Of a stretch of 64,000 nt of DNA, positions 23,610 through 33,661 are shown one piece after another; the first letter of the stretch is position 1, and each line of letters opens with the position of its first letter. Source of the DNA: an uncultured Bacteroidales bacterium. GTDB taxonomy: Bacteria; Bacteroidota; Bacteroidia; Bacteroidales; Bacteroidaceae. Both the position numbers and the translations under genes were made by a program. The notes beneath the pieces are model-generated. The model was not told the origin of the DNA. It did not search any database and saw nothing but the letters and a program-made list of their open reading frames with translations. Location: NCBI GenBank assembly GCA_902770725.1, contig CACXUA010000001.1, positions 300-64,299 on the forward strand. The letters are read 5' to 3'.

Positions 23610-23695
23610 TGCCCGGAACGGGAATCGAACCCGTACGGCCATCACTGGCCAAGGGATTTTAAGTCCCTCGTGTCTACCAATTCCACCATCTGGGC
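23610..23695 (-). tRNA. tRNA-Leu (anticodon UAA), type II with long variable arm
   Basis: The minus strand reads GCCCAGATGGTGGAATTGGTAGACACGAGGGACTTAAAATCCCTTGGCCAGTGATGGCCGTACGGGTTCGATTCCCGTTCCGGGCA. It is colinear with E. coli tRNA-Leu(UAA), has the anticodon loop CTTAAAA and one A-C mismatch in the acceptor stem. No CCA is encoded. Confidence 0.93.
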
Positions 23696-23728
23696 AGCCT
23701 TGCGGATGCAATTCGCTAATTGCGGGTG

Positions 23729-23736
23729 CAAAGGTA
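23729..23736 (-). promoter_or_regulatory. -7 box (TACCTTTG, minus) for tRNA-Leu
   Basis: TAnnTTTG match 34 nt upstream of the tRNA 5' end. Confidence 0.6.
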
Positions 23737-23741
23737 CAAAA

Positions 23742-23775
23742 AAGTTTAAAGTTTAAAGTTTAAAGTTTAAAGTTT
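23742..23775. repeat. heptamer microsatellite (AAGTTTA)x5
   Basis: Direct reading; the array lies between the tRNA-Leu promoter and the cdsA stop. Confidence 0.95.
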
Positions 23776-23806
23776 TTTTCTCTTTTGGGCAAAAATGTAT
23801 CCAATT

Positions 23807-24676
23807 CTATGTCAAAATGAAGTAAATGACGGAGGCAGGGATGGTGAGCAGGGCGCTGTCGAAGCGGTCGAGCATGCCACCATGACCGGGCAGGACGTGG
23901 CCGCTGTCCTTGATGCCGAGCTGACGCTTGATGAGGCTCTCCACGAGGTCGCCCCAAGTGCCGAAGACTACGACTGTGAGGGCAAAGCCAAGCCAGCGAA
24001 GCAGAGACATTGAGGATTGACCATTGACCATTGACCATTGTCCATTGTCCAACCTCCAGATGATGACGGCTGCCAGCAGGGTGAAGAGTCCGCCGCCGAT
24101 GCTTCCTATCCACGACTTCTTGGGCGAGATGCGGGGGAAGAGTTTGTAGGGGATGTACTTCTGAAGCGTGCATCCGCAGAGGTAGGCGAATGTGTCATTC
24201 ACCCACAGGAAGATGAACAGGGCAAGTGGATAAATCCAGTTGTAGGCCATGCTGCCTGTCGTCCCGTCATAGACGATGCTGAGCAGGGGCAGCAGGGCAA
24301 AGGGTAGGGCAATGTAGAGCTGCGAAGCAAAGCAGAGTGCCCAGTCCTGCAAGGGATTCTTGCTGTGCCTGTAGAGTCCGCTGATGAGGATGTAGAGCAT
24401 CAGCAGGCCGTAGAGAGCGAACATCTGTGCTGTCTGCGGACTGGCGATGGCGCTGAGCCACACGGCAGCAACAAGCACGACGCCTGCCATTGCGTTGATG
24501 GGGCGAGGCATTCGGGCCTCAAGATGTGTGTTCATCAGCGTGCCGAACTCCCACAGCGTGGCTGCCGCTACGACAGCAAAGAAGAAGAAGGCACTGACGG
24601 GACTATAGACTGTGCAGCCCACAAGAAGCAGGACATAGATGGCACCAGTCAGGGTGCGGATGATGAGATTCTTCAT
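23807..24676 (-). CDS. cdsA: phosphatidate cytidylyltransferase (CDP-diglyceride synthase)
   Basis: C-terminal signature GDLVESLIKRQLGIKDSGHVLPGHGGMLDRFDS in a polytopic membrane protein. It contains an in-frame heptamer-repeat insertion. Confidence 0.9.
   Translation of the reverse strand: MKNLIIRTLTGAIYVLLLVGCTVYSPVSAFFFFAVVAAATLWEFGTLMNTHLEARMPRPINAMAGVVLVAAVWLSAIASPQTAQMFALYGLLMLYILISGLYRHSKNPLQDWALCFASQLYIALPFALLPLLSIVYDGTTGSMAYNWIYPLALFIFLWVNDTFAYLCGCTLQKYIPYKLFPRISPKKSWIGSIGGGLFTLLAAVIIWRLDNGQWSMVNGQSSMSLLRWLGFALTVVVFGTWGDLVESLIKRQLGIKDSGHVLPGHGGMLDRFDSALLTIPASVIYFILT
24009..24050. repeat. heptamer microsatellite (6 x 7 bp) inside the cdsA coding sequence
   Basis: The plus strand reads attgagg attgacc attgacc attgacc attgtcc attgtcc. 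It is translated as NGQWSMV NGQWSMV NGQSSMS. Confidence 0.95.
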
Positions 24677-24723
24677 AATAGACCCCCCATCCCCCTTTAG
24701 GGGGAGTTCTTAGGGGCAAAGAG

Positions 24724-26715
24724 TTAAGGGTTAATACTTGTTTCTTCTTGGTTGGTTTCTTCCTCAGAAGCAGGCTTCGAGTCGAGCAACTCTTCTGTGC
24801 GGCTTGCCCAGGGACGGGGACCGAAGATGCGCTCCACGTCTTCTGCAAAGATGACCTCGCGCTCGACGAGCAACTGAGCGAGGGCAGCGTGACCCTCGGC
24901 ATTCTTGCTGAGGATGTCCTTTGCACGGGCGTATTGTTCGGCTATCATGGCCTTTGTCTCTTCGTCGATGAGCTGTGCCGTCGCCTCGGAATAGGGGCGT
25001 TGGAAGCCATACTCCTGATTGTCGTAGTAGCACAGGTTAGGCAGTTTGTCGCTCATGCCCATATAGGTTATCATGCTGTAAGCCTGCTTGGTGACGCGCT
25101 CCAGGTCGTTCATGGCGCCGCTACTGATGTGACCGCAGAAGAGTTCCTCCGCAGCACGGCCTCCAAGGGTGGCGCACATCTCGTCGAGCATCTGCTCGCG
25201 AGTGGTAATCTGACGCTCCTCAGGGAGATACCAAGCGGCACCGAGGGCACGGCCTCGCGGCACGATGGTGACCTTGACGAGCGGGTTGGCGTATTGCAAG
25301 AGCCAGCTGATGGTGGCGTGACCTGCTTCGTGGAGGGCGATGGTACGCTTCTCCTCGGCAGTCATCACCTTGGTCTTCTTTTCCAGTCCGCCGATGATAC
25401 GGTCCACAGCAGCCAGGAAGTCATCCTTATCGACAGCCTTCTTGCCGTTTCGAGCCGCAATGAGAGCCGCCTCGTTGCAGACGTTGGCGATGTCGGCACC
25501 GCTGAAGCCAGGCGTCTGGCGGGCAAGGAAGTCGATGTCGAGGGACTGGTCTGTCTTGATGGGTTTCAGGTGAACCTGGAAGATTTCCTTGCGCTCGTTC
25601 ACGTCAGGCAGCTCGACATGAATCTGGCGGTCGAAGCGTCCTGCACGCAAGAGAGCCTTGTCCAGGATGTCGGCACGGTTGGTGGCCGCCATGATGATGA
25701 CGCCGCTGTTGGTTCCGAAGCCGTCCATCTCGGTAAGGAGCTGGTTGAGGGTGCTCTCACGTTCGTCGTTGCCTCCCACTTGCATGTTGCGGCTACGAGC
25801 ACGACCTACAGCATCAATCTCGTCGATGAAGATGATGCAGGGAGCTTTCTCTTTAGCCTGACGGAAGAGGTCGCGAACACGGCTTGCACCAACGCCCACA
25901 AACATCTCGACGAAATCGCTGCCCGACATGCTGAAGAACGGCACGTCGGCTTCACCTGCAACGGCTTTTGCAAGCAAGGTTTTACCTGTTCCGGGAGGGC
26001 CAACAAGCAGCGCACCTTTGGGAATCTTGCCGCCCAGTTCCGTGTAGCGTTGCGGGTTCTTGAGGAACTCCACAATCTCCTGCACCTCGAGTTTAGCTCC
26101 TTCCTGACCAGCCACGTCGGCAAAGGTCACCTTATTCTCGTCGTTCTTCTCGAAGAGTTTAGCGCGGCTCTTGCCCACGTTGAAGATGCCCATCGGTCCG
26201 CCGCCATCGCTTCCTCCACTCATTCTTCGCATCAGGAAAATCCAGAAGAAGACGATGAGGATGAGCGGTCCGAAGCTCCAGAAGAAATGCATGAAGTCGT
26301 CTTCTCCCTGACGGTACTCAATCTCGCCCTTGAAGTTCTCGAGGGCCTGCTGTTCGCTGATGAAGTCCTCGAGTTTGTCGGCAGATGGGACTTGCACTAC
26401 GACATAAGGCCGAGTACCTTGGTTAACCTTCTGTTCCTTGAAGACATCGCGGATGTGAGCAGGCTCGACATACATCTGCAGAGCCCCCTCCTTCTTGTTG
26501 ACGACGATTCGCGAGGCATAGCCCTGCTCCACATAACTCTTGAACTGGCTGTATGTTGCATTACGCGAGGAGCTGCCCGAAAGCAGGGAACTGTCGCCAC
26601 TCATGAACAGATAGCCCAAAGTGATGGCTATGATGAGATAAATCCACGTGAGGCTTATCTGTGAGCCAGGCTTCTTGTCCTTCTTATTCTTATTTGTTTT
26701 CTTGTTGTCGCTCAT
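24724..26715 (-). CDS. ftsH: ATP-dependent zinc metalloprotease FtsH
   Basis: Walker [19 protein letters not shown], the SRH region, the zinc site HEAGHA and an N-terminal TM segment. Confidence 0.97.
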   Translation of the reverse strand: MSDNKKTNKNKKDKKPGSQISLTWIYLIIAITLGYLFMSGDSSLLSGSSSRNATYSQFKSYVEQGYASRIVVNKKEGALQMYVEPAHIRDVFKEQKVNQGTRPYVVVQVPSADKLEDFISEQQALENFKGEIEYRQGEDDFMHFFWSFGPLILIVFFWIFLMRRMSGGSDGGGPMGIFNVGKSRAKLFEKNDENKVTFADVAGQEGAKLEVQEIVEFLKNPQRYTELGGKIPKGALLVGPPGTGKTLLAKAVAGEADVPFFSMSGSDFVEMFVGVGASRVRDLFRQAKEKAPCIIFIDEIDAVGRARSRNMQVGGNDERESTLNQLLTEMDGFGTNSGVIIMAATNRADILDKALLRAGRFDRQIHVELPDVNERKEIFQVHLKPIKTDQSLDIDFLARQTPGFSGADIANVCNEAALIAARNGKKAVDKDDFLAAVDRIIGGLEKKTKVMTAEEKRTIALHEAGHATISWLLQYANPLVKVTIVPRGRALGAAWYLPEERQITTREQMLDEMCATLGGRAAEELFCGHISSGAMNDLERVTKQAYSMITYMGMSDKLPNLCYYDNQEYGFQRPYSEATAQLIDEETKAMIAEQYARAKDILSKNAEGHAALAQLLVEREVIFAEDVERIFGPRPWASRTEELLDSKPASEEETNQEETSINP

Positions 26716-26717
26716 AA

Positions 26718-27080
26718 TCAGTCGAGGTTAGGAATGCTTTGAAGGTCGGCATCAGCCCAAAGGTGTTCGATGTCGTAGAACGAGCGAAGTTCAGGCACGA
26801 AGATATGCACGATGACGTCGGCAAAGTCCATAGCCACCCAAACAGCATTGTGAAGTCCGCTGACGGCAATGGGCTTGGCAGCAACTTTCTCCCGACAAGT
26901 ATCTCCGACAGAGTGTGCAAGAGCGGCAACCTGCAATGGCGAACCGCCCGAGCAGATGACGAAGTACTGGCAAACAGCATCGGGTATTCCTGTGAGGTCG
27001 GCCACCACGATGTCCCTTCCCTTCTTCTCCTGCAATCCTTCTACTATAGCTTCTACCAACTCGTTCTTCTTTTTCTTCAT
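26718..27080 (-). CDS. rsfS: ribosome silencing factor RsfS (iojap family)
   Basis: The motifs DIVVADL...YFVICSG...WVAMDFADVIVHIFVPELRSFYDIEHLW are typical of RsfS. The start at 27080 lies downstream of the -7 box at 27120. Confidence 0.88.
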   Translation of the reverse strand: MKKKKNELVEAIVEGLQEKKGRDIVVADLTGIPDAVCQYFVICSGGSPLQVAALAHSVGDTCREKVAAKPIAVSGLHNAVWVAMDFADVIVHIFVPELRSFYDIEHLWADADLQSIPNLD

Positions 27081-27114
27081 TCGCAATATATTATAATATG
27101 TATAACTTAGAATT

Positions 27115-27226
27115 GTGTGCAAAGGTACGAATAAGTGAGCGAAAAAACAAAAGGAAACGAAAGTTTTCTTTTTATTTCCGAACGAAAGTACCTTCGACCA
27201 GAGGCCAAAGGTACGAATAAGGACGC
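27115..27226 (-). repeat. 112-bp double-promoter repeat element, copy 2 (inverted relative to copy 1)
   Basis: The reverse complement aligns with 17010-17120 at about 85 percent identity. The -7 boxes (minus strand) are at 27120-27127 and 27206-27213, 86 bp apart. The proximal box drives rsfS. Confidence 0.9.
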
Positions 27227-27286
27227 AAAATGCATAATAAATTAGTTTTTTTGGGCAAATTATTTGGTCAGTTTACAAAAAAGCCA

Positions 27287-27294
27287 TACCTTTG
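27287..27294 (+). promoter_or_regulatory. -7 box TACCTTTG for tRNA-Gln
   Basis: TAnnTTTG match 10 nt upstream of the tRNA 5' end. Confidence 0.6.
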
Positions 27295-27303
27295 CAGCGC
27301 AAT

Positions 27304-27374
27304 TGGGCTATGGTGTAATGGTAACACTGCAGATTCTGGTCCTGCCTTTCCTGGTTCGAGTCCGGGTAGCCCAA
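27304..27374 (+). tRNA. tRNA-Gln (anticodon CUG)
   Basis: The sequence is TGGGCTATGGTGTAATGGTAACACTGCAGATTCTGGTCCTGCCTTTCCTGGTTCGAGTCCGGGTAGCCCAA. It has a 7-bp acceptor stem, a GTTCGAGTC T-loop and the anticodon loop TTCTGGT. One A-C mismatch closes the anticodon stem. Confidence 0.85.
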
Positions 27375-27579
27375 CGTTGAAAGGTAGAGGCTGTGCTGAG
27401 GAAGTGCGGCCTTTTTCAAACATAAAAGAGAAACAAAGCATTTTATAATCACAATGGACGACTATCACGCGGATAATTACAGTTCTTAGTGCTCTGGAGT
27501 CTGCATCGCTTTGCACGCTCCAACAGGAGCCAAGGATTTATGTGCAAGTACCCCAAAAAAGCAGAGGAGGAACAAGACG

Positions 27580-28506
27580 ATGCGAACATACTGGAACACT
27601 TCGAATGGTCTGCGTACCATTGGAGAATGGCAGCCTGGCTGCTGGGTGCAGGTGACCTGCCCAACAGAGGAAGATGTGAACTTCCTGGAGCAAACGCTCA
27701 AGATTCCCGATTACTACATTAGCGATATTGCCGATACGGACGAACGTGCCCGTTACGACATTGACGATGGCTGGGTGCTCATCATCCTTCGTATTCCTTA
27801 TGTCAAGGAAACGAAGAGCAGGACGCCTTATACTACGATTCCTCTGGGTATTATCATGAAGGGCGATGTTCTCATCACGGTCTGCAACTTCGAGACAAAC
27901 ATGATGATAGACTTTGTCTCCTATCAGCAGAAGCGTGGCTTGGGCTTCGTCGATAGCGTGGATATGATATTCCGTCTGTTCCTCTGTTGTGCCGTATGGT
28001 ATCTGAAACGCCTGAAGCAAATCAGCACTCGCATAGATAAAGCCAAGCAGAACCTCGACCGCAAGATAAGCAATGCCGACCTTATCGCTTTGAGTCGCTT
28101 GCAGGACAGTCTGACCTACTTCGTCACATCCATTCGTGGTAATGAGAATCTGCTTTCGAAACTTAAGTTCAAACTCCCCATCGACGAACTTGATGCAGAC
28201 ATGATAGAGGACGTCGGCATTGAGATGAGTCAGGCTCGCGAGACGACAAACATCTATGCGAACATTCTTGATTCCACGATGGACACCTACGCCAACCTAA
28301 TCAACAACAACATGAACTCGGTCATGAAGATGCTCACAAGCATCAGCATTATCCTGATGTTCCCGACGCTCATTGCAAGCCTGTTTGGCATGAACCTTAT
28401 CAATGGTATGGAGACCGCTTCTTGGGGCTTCCCGCTTGCACTTGTTCTCTCGATTGGCGTGACTGTTGCATTCATGTGGTATTTCAAGCGCAAAACGTGG
28501 ATTTAA
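27580..28506 (+). CDS. corA: CorA-family magnesium/cobalt transporter
   Basis: C-terminal MFPTLIASLFGMN (GMN motif) followed by a second TM segment. The start at ATG 27580 was chosen over the upstream ORF extension. Confidence 0.88.
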   Translation: MRTYWNTSNGLRTIGEWQPGCWVQVTCPTEEDVNFLEQTLKIPDYYISDIADTDERARYDIDDGWVLIILRIPYVKETKSRTPYTTIPLGIIMKGDVLITVCNFETNMMIDFVSYQQKRGLGFVDSVDMIFRLFLCCAVWYLKRLKQISTRIDKAKQNLDRKISNADLIALSRLQDSLTYFVTSIRGNENLLSKLKFKLPIDELDADMIEDVGIEMSQARETTNIYANILDSTMDTYANLINNNMNSVMKMLTSISIILMFPTLIASLFGMNLINGMETASWGFPLALVLSIGVTVAFMWYFKRKTWI

Positions 28507-28511
28507 GTCAC

Positions 28512-28536
28512 AGTTCATAGTTCATAGTTCATAATT
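28512..28536. repeat. heptamer microsatellite (AGTTCAT)x3 plus a degenerate unit, just after the corA stop
   Basis: The sequence reads agttcat agttcat agttcat aattaag. Confidence 0.95.
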
Positions 28537-28571
28537 AAGAGTTGAATTTTCAATAAACGTGATAAAAATCG

Positions 28572-28603
28572 TGCCCTTTCCTTGCAGGTTAGGGCATTTT
28601 TTG
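28572..28603 (+). terminator. candidate intrinsic terminator of corA
   Basis: Stem TGCCCT / AGGGCA with a 13-nt loop, followed by TTTTTTG. Confidence 0.5.
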
Positions 28604-28668
28604 TTTACTTTGCGACCACTATACCTATTTTTAAATGGTAAATCGTATATAGTTAAATAGTAAATGAC

Positions 28669-30615
28669 ATGATGGACTCTTTAGAGACTAATGAGACTAC
28701 TGCCCTTGAGCAGTCTTCTGAGATTACAAACGAACAACAGGTTGAACAAACGGCTGAAGCAGTTGAACAGGCTGAGCCCGTAGTAGAAACACCAGAACCG
28801 GTAGCTGAGGAAACCAAGCCCGAAGTCGAGGAAACAGCGGAGCCTGAGGCCGAGGAGACAACTCCCGAAGTGGAGGTGACCGAAGCCGAGCAGCACATCG
28901 CTGAGCAGACCTTCAAGACGAAGGACGAGGTGGTTGCCCGCGTTCAGGAAATTGCCCAGAGTGGCGAAGCTGGCGACCGTGCGGAACTCAATCTCCTGAA
29001 ACAGCTCTTCTACAAGTTCCACAATGCCGAAGTGCAGGAAGCTTTCAAGGCTTTTGTCGAGGCTGGTGGCGAGGAGGATAAGTTCATGCCGGAGATAGAT
29101 ACTGCCGAGCCAGTCTTCCGTGAAGCTATGCAGGCCATCCGCGAACGCCGTGCCGCTATTCAGGAAACGCTGGAGAAGCAGAAGCAGGACAACCTGAAGC
29201 GCAAACTCGAGATACTGGAACGCATCCAGCAACTGGCCTCTACGCCTGAGGAAGCCAACAAGAACTTCGATGAGTTCAAGGCTCTGCAGACGGAGTGGAA
29301 AGAGATAAAGGCTGTGCCAGCCGAGCGTGCTACGGAGCTGTGGAAGAACTATCAGCTTTACGTAGAGCAGTACTACGATCTGCTGAAGCTCGGTCATGAG
29401 TTGCGCGACTACGACTTCAAGAAGAACCTCGAGACCAAGATGCGTCTCATCCAACAGGCAGAAGCCCTCGCCGAGAATCCCGATGTGCTGCAGGCTTTCA
29501 ACCAGCTGCAGACACTCCATCAGGAGTGGAAGGAGACGGGTCCCGTTGCAAAGGAAATCCGCGAAGACGTTTGGGCGAAGTTCAAGGAAGCCTCTACCAT
29601 CATCAATAAGAAACACCAGGCCTACTTCGATGCTATTAAGGCTCGTGAGGAAGAGAACCTGACGAAGAAGACTGCTCTGTGTGAGCAGCTCGAAGCTTTC
29701 GATACCGAGGGACTGAAGAACTTTGCCGACTGGGATGGCATTACGCAGAAGATTAAGGAGTTGCAAGCTGAGTGGAAGACCATCGGCTTTGCTCCTCAGA
29801 AGATGAACACCGCTATCTTCGAGCGTTTCCGTCAGGGTTGCGATGCCTTCTTCGAGAAGAAGAACGCCTTCTTCAAAGACCTGAAGGAGGAACTCAACAC
29901 CAATCTGGCGAAGAAGAAGGAACTTGTGGAGAAGGCCGAGGCTCTGATGGAGAGCACCGACTGGCGCTCTACGGGCGACATCCTCATCAACCTGCAGAAG
30001 CAGTGGAAAGAGATTGGCACCGTTCCCCGCAAGTATAGTGAAGACCTCTGGAAGCGCTTCACGTCAGCTTGCGACCACTTCTTCGAGGCTCGTCAGGCAG
30101 CAACAGCCGACGTTCGCAACGAGGAGAAGGCCAATAAGGAACAGAAGCTCGGCATCATCGACCAACTTAAGCAACTTGCTGAGACTGAGGGAGAAAACGT
30201 CATCCAGCAGGTTAAGGAGCTGCAGCAGAAGTGGAGCGAAGTGGGACATGTGCCTTTCCGCGACAAGGAGAAACTCTATAAAGAGTATCGTGAACTCTGC
30301 GACAAAATCTACGACGCATACGGCGTCAGCCAGGCAAAGCGCCGCCTGAACAACTTCCGCAAGAATCTGGCAGAAAAGGTGGAGAACGCCGGCAGTTCAC
30401 TTGACAATGAGCGCCAGAAGATGCAGCGTGCTTACGAGCGCATGCTGGCTGAGATAAAGACCTACGAGAACAACATAGGTTTCCTCAATGCCGGTAGCAA
30501 GAAGGGCAATTCCCTCGTCGATGCCATGAACAAGAAGGTAGAGAAGCTCCGCAGCGAACTCGACCTTCTGGCCCAGAAGATAAAGACCGTCGACGAACAG
30601 ATGAGAGAGGAATAG
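28669..30615 (+). CDS. DUF349 repeat protein
   Basis: An acidic N-terminus is followed by at least 5 repeats of the pattern WKEIG-VP----E-LW-RF----D-FF. Confidence 0.8.
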   Translation: MMDSLETNETTALEQSSEITNEQQVEQTAEAVEQAEPVVETPEPVAEETKPEVEETAEPEAEETTPEVEVTEAEQHIAEQTFKTKDEVVARVQEIAQSGEAGDRAELNLLKQLFYKFHNAEVQEAFKAFVEAGGEEDKFMPEIDTAEPVFREAMQAIRERRAAIQETLEKQKQDNLKRKLEILERIQQLASTPEEANKNFDEFKALQTEWKEIKAVPAERATELWKNYQLYVEQYYDLLKLGHELRDYDFKKNLETKMRLIQQAEALAENPDVLQAFNQLQTLHQEWKETGPVAKEIREDVWAKFKEASTIINKKHQAYFDAIKAREEENLTKKTALCEQLEAFDTEGLKNFADWDGITQKIKELQAEWKTIGFAPQKMNTAIFERFRQGCDAFFEKKNAFFKDLKEELNTNLAKKKELVEKAEALMESTDWRSTGDILINLQKQWKEIGTVPRKYSEDLWKRFTSACDHFFEARQAATADVRNEEKANKEQKLGIIDQLKQLAETEGENVIQQVKELQQKWSEVGHVPFRDKEKLYKEYRELCDKIYDAYGVSQAKRRLNNFRKNLAEKVENAGSSLDNERQKMQRAYERMLAEIKTYENNIGFLNAGSKKGNSLVDAMNKKVEKLRSELDLLAQKIKTVDEQMREE

Positions 30616-30740
30616 AAAGTCCTCCACAGGGGAACTTTCGAAACCCTATATCTCTCTTTGCCTCAAGAGTACAGACCTTTTAAATAGGGGCTGAACGGGA
30701 ATAAAAAATCCTCCCTCGTGGAGTGAAAATTCCTTTATAC

Positions 30741-30799
30741 AAAAAAGAGCAAATTTCCTGCCCGAGGAATCGTCTTCAAAGCAGGGAGTTTGCTCTTTT
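30741..30799. terminator. strong bidirectional intrinsic terminator
   Basis: AAAAGAGCAAATTTCCTGC / GCAGGGAGTTTGCTCTTTT forms a 19-nt imperfect stem flanked by an A-run and a T-run. Confidence 0.8.
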
Positions 30800-30910
30800 A
30801 GTGTCCTTTATTTCGTATTTTTACAACCCAAAACTCTTATTATATTACGAAAAAGAGAACAAAAGCTTAAAAATAATGACCTAAATAGTGCTTTTTCGAG
30901 TATTTATTTG

Positions 30911-30918
30911 TATCTTTG
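30911..30918 (+). promoter_or_regulatory. -7 box TATCTTTG for the GNAT-KAS-ACP cluster
   Basis: TAnnTTTG match 51 nt upstream of ATG 30969. The palindrome GTGCGCATTGTGCGCGCAC lies in the leader. Confidence 0.6.
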
Positions 30919-30968
30919 CAGCCGATTAGTGCGCATTGTGCGCGCACGTATATAAAAGTAAAAGAAGC

Positions 30969-32105
30969 ATGAAGTGCACCGTTGAGGCTGTTCAGACGAA
31001 ACGTCAGATGAATGACTTTGTGAAGCTTCCCTGGAAGATTTACAAGGGCAACTCATGCTATGTACCCGATATGGAGTCGGACGTCAGAGGCTGGTTCGAC
31101 CCCAAGCACAACCCAGGACTGCAGCACAGCGAAGTGGCTCCCTTCGTGGCCTACAACGAGAAGGGAGAGCCCGTGGGACGCATCGTCGGCATCATCAACC
31201 ATAAGGCCAACGAAATCTGGAACGGAAGCTGCGTCCGCTTCGGCTGGATCGAGTTCGTGGACGACACAGAAGTCTCTGCCGCCCTGCTGAAAGCTGTCGA
31301 GGATTGGGGTCGCTCGAAAGGCATGGACTCCATACAAGGACCTCTCGGCATCTCGGATTTCGACAAAGAGGGAATGCTCGTCGAGGACTTCGACAAAATG
31401 GGTTCAGCCATCACCATCTACAACCCACCATACTATCCCGAGCATATGGCTCAGCACGGCTTTGGCAAGGAAGTGGACTGGGTGCAGGTCAAGATAAACA
31501 TCCCGGAAGAGGTGCCGGCACGATTCGCCCGTGTGCAGAAGCTCGTCGAGGAGATGTATGGGCTCAAGGTAAAGAAGCTCACGCCCAGAGAAGTCTTCAA
31601 GGAAGGCTACGGCCGCAAGATATTCCGCCTGCTCAACGAAGCATACAGTCAGCTCTTCGGCTATACCCCTCACTCCGACGAAGAGGCCGATGCTTTCGTC
31701 TCACAGTACATCAAGTACCTCGACTTGAAGATGCTCCCGATGGTGGAGGACGACAAGGGCAACCTCATCGCCTGCAGCATCACGATGCCTAACCTTGCTA
31801 AAGCACAGCAGAAGACAAAGGGAAAGTACTTCCCATTTGGCTGGTATCACATGCTCAGCGCCCTCAAGTTCAAGCACGAAGACGAAGCAGAACTGCTTCT
31901 CATTGCCGTTCATCCCGAATGGCAAGCACTGGGCATCAACGCCCTCATCTTTGCCGACCTCATCCCACTCTACAACAAAATGGGATACCGCACCGCAGAG
32001 ACTGGGCCGATGCTCGAAGACAACCTCAAGGTACTCACGCAATGGAAGGCACTCGACCCAATAACCTACAAGCGCCGCCGTTGCTTCAGCAAAGAAATAC
32101 AGTAA
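30969..32105 (+). CDS. GNAT-fold acyltransferase-like protein (about 378 aa), substrate unknown
   Basis: The C-terminal segment LLLIAVHPEWQALGINALIFADL resembles GNAT motif A. The N-terminal pattern is FVKLPWKIYKGNSCYVPDM...GRIVGIIN. Confidence 0.6.
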   Translation: MKCTVEAVQTKRQMNDFVKLPWKIYKGNSCYVPDMESDVRGWFDPKHNPGLQHSEVAPFVAYNEKGEPVGRIVGIINHKANEIWNGSCVRFGWIEFVDDTEVSAALLKAVEDWGRSKGMDSIQGPLGISDFDKEGMLVEDFDKMGSAITIYNPPYYPEHMAQHGFGKEVDWVQVKINIPEEVPARFARVQKLVEEMYGLKVKKLTPREVFKEGYGRKIFRLLNEAYSQLFGYTPHSDEEADAFVSQYIKYLDLKMLPMVEDDKGNLIACSITMPNLAKAQQKTKGKYFPFGWYHMLSALKFKHEDEAELLLIAVHPEWQALGINALIFADLIPLYNKMGYRTAETGPMLEDNLKVLTQWKALDPITYKRRRCFSKEIQ

Positions 32106-32135
32106 AGGAAAATCGAATAAAAAACATAAAAAAGA

Positions 32136-33356
32136 ATGGCAAATAGAGTAGTAATAACAGGCATGGGCATATGGTCATGCATCGGAACAACCCTCGACGA
32201 GGTGCGCGACGCACTCTATCAGGGCAAGAGTGGCATCATCTTCAGCCAGGAACGTAAGGACGCCGGATTCCGTTCGGCACTCGTAGGTAACGTACCCAAA
32301 GTTGACCTCAAACCATACGTCCCCCGTAACCTCCGTAACTTCATGCCCGAAGAGGCAACCTACGGATACATCGCAACCAAGCAGGCTCTCGAAAATGCAG
32401 GCATCGACGAGGACTATCTCAACACTCATGAAGTGGGCATCATCTACGGCAACGACTCGGTAGCAGAGGCAACAATGCAAAGCCTCGACAAGTTCCGTCA
32501 GGCTAATAGCACGGTGGCTTGCGGCAGTGGTGCTATCTTCCAAAGCATGAACTCCAACATCACCATGAACCTGGCTTGCCTCTTCAAACTGCGTGGCATC
32601 AACCTCACAGCATCGGCAGCCTGCGCATCAGGCTCGCAAAGCATCGGCCTGGCCGCACTCCTCATCTCGCAAGGCTTGCAGGATTGCGTAGTCTGCGGTG
32701 GTGCAGAAGAGAACAACATGTACGGCATCGCATCCTTCGACGGCATACAGGCATTCTCCATCCGTGAGAATGAACCCGAGAAAGCAAGCCGTCCCTTCGA
32801 TGCAAGCCGCGACGGCCTCGTACCCAGCGGCGGTGGTGCAACAGTCGTTCTGGAAAGTTACGAGCACGCCGTCAAGCGTGGAGCCAACATCATAGCAGAG
32901 ATAGTAAGCTGGGGCTTCTCAGGCAATGGCGATCACATCTCTACGCCCAACGTCGCAGGCCCAGCACGCTCACTCGAACTCTGCCTCCGCAACGGTGGCA
33001 TCGACCCCAAGCAAGTGGGTTACATCAATGCACACGCCACCAGCACCGTCATAGGTGACCGTCGCGAGGCTCAGGCTATCGCACAACTCTTCGGCGAGCG
33101 CACCGTTCCCGTTACCTCAACAAAGAGTCAGACAGGACACGAGATGTGGATGGCTGGAGCAAGCGAAATCATCTACTCGACCCTGATGATGAAGAATGGC
33201 TTCATCGCCGGCAACATCAACTTCGAGAAGCCCGACGAAGAGACAGCATGCATCAACGTCCTGCCCGAAACGAAGGAGACACACTTCGACATGTTCCTCT
33301 CCAACAGCTTCGGCTTCGGCGGCACCAACTCCACCATCATCGTGAAGAATGTCTAA
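32136..33356 (+). CDS. beta-ketoacyl-ACP synthase (KAS I/II type, Cys-His-His)
   Basis: Active-site Cys in ASAACASGSQSIG, His in INAHATST and His in SQTGHEMWMAGASE, with the C-terminus FGFGGTNSTIIV. Confidence 0.88.
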   Translation: MANRVVITGMGIWSCIGTTLDEVRDALYQGKSGIIFSQERKDAGFRSALVGNVPKVDLKPYVPRNLRNFMPEEATYGYIATKQALENAGIDEDYLNTHEVGIIYGNDSVAEATMQSLDKFRQANSTVACGSGAIFQSMNSNITMNLACLFKLRGINLTASAACASGSQSIGLAALLISQGLQDCVVCGGAEENNMYGIASFDGIQAFSIRENEPEKASRPFDASRDGLVPSGGGATVVLESYEHAVKRGANIIAEIVSWGFSGNGDHISTPNVAGPARSLELCLRNGGIDPKQVGYINAHATSTVIGDRREAQAIAQLFGERTVPVTSTKSQTGHEMWMAGASEIIYSTLMMKNGFIAGNINFEKPDEETACINVLPETKETHFDMFLSNSFGFGGTNSTIIVKNV

Positions 33357-33406
33357 GACATATTATCAATTAATGCATTAATCAATAATAACTAAATCAG
33401 AACAAA

Positions 33407-33649
33407 ATGACAAGAGAAGAAATCATTGCTGAGATCAATGCCGAATTGGCAGAAGAGTTTGAAATCGACGAGGCTACCATCACTCCCGATGCTCCCATCT
33501 ATCAGACCCTTGAGCTCGATAGCCTGAGCCTCGTGGATCTCATCGGTATCGTACAGACCAAGTATGGTGTGCTCATCTCTAAGGCTGAGCTTCCCACCAT
33601 TAAGACATTTGCTCAACTCTACGACTACATCGAGCAACACCAGAAATAG
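33407..33649 (+). CDS. acyl carrier protein
   Basis: 80 aa, with LELDSLSLVDLI containing the phosphopantetheine Ser (DSL). Confidence 0.88.
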   Translation: MTREEIIAEINAELAEEFEIDEATITPDAPIYQTLELDSLSLVDLIGIVQTKYGVLISKAELPTIKTFAQLYDYIEQHQK

Positions 33650-33661
33650 TTAAGAGTTCAA

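Noticed and set aside
23353-23662. Two roughly 96-99-aa ORFs on opposite strands (23353-23652 minus, 23372-23662 plus).
   Set aside because: Both run across the tRNA-Leu gene and its terminator, have no promoter box and show no protein-like motifs, so they are spurious.
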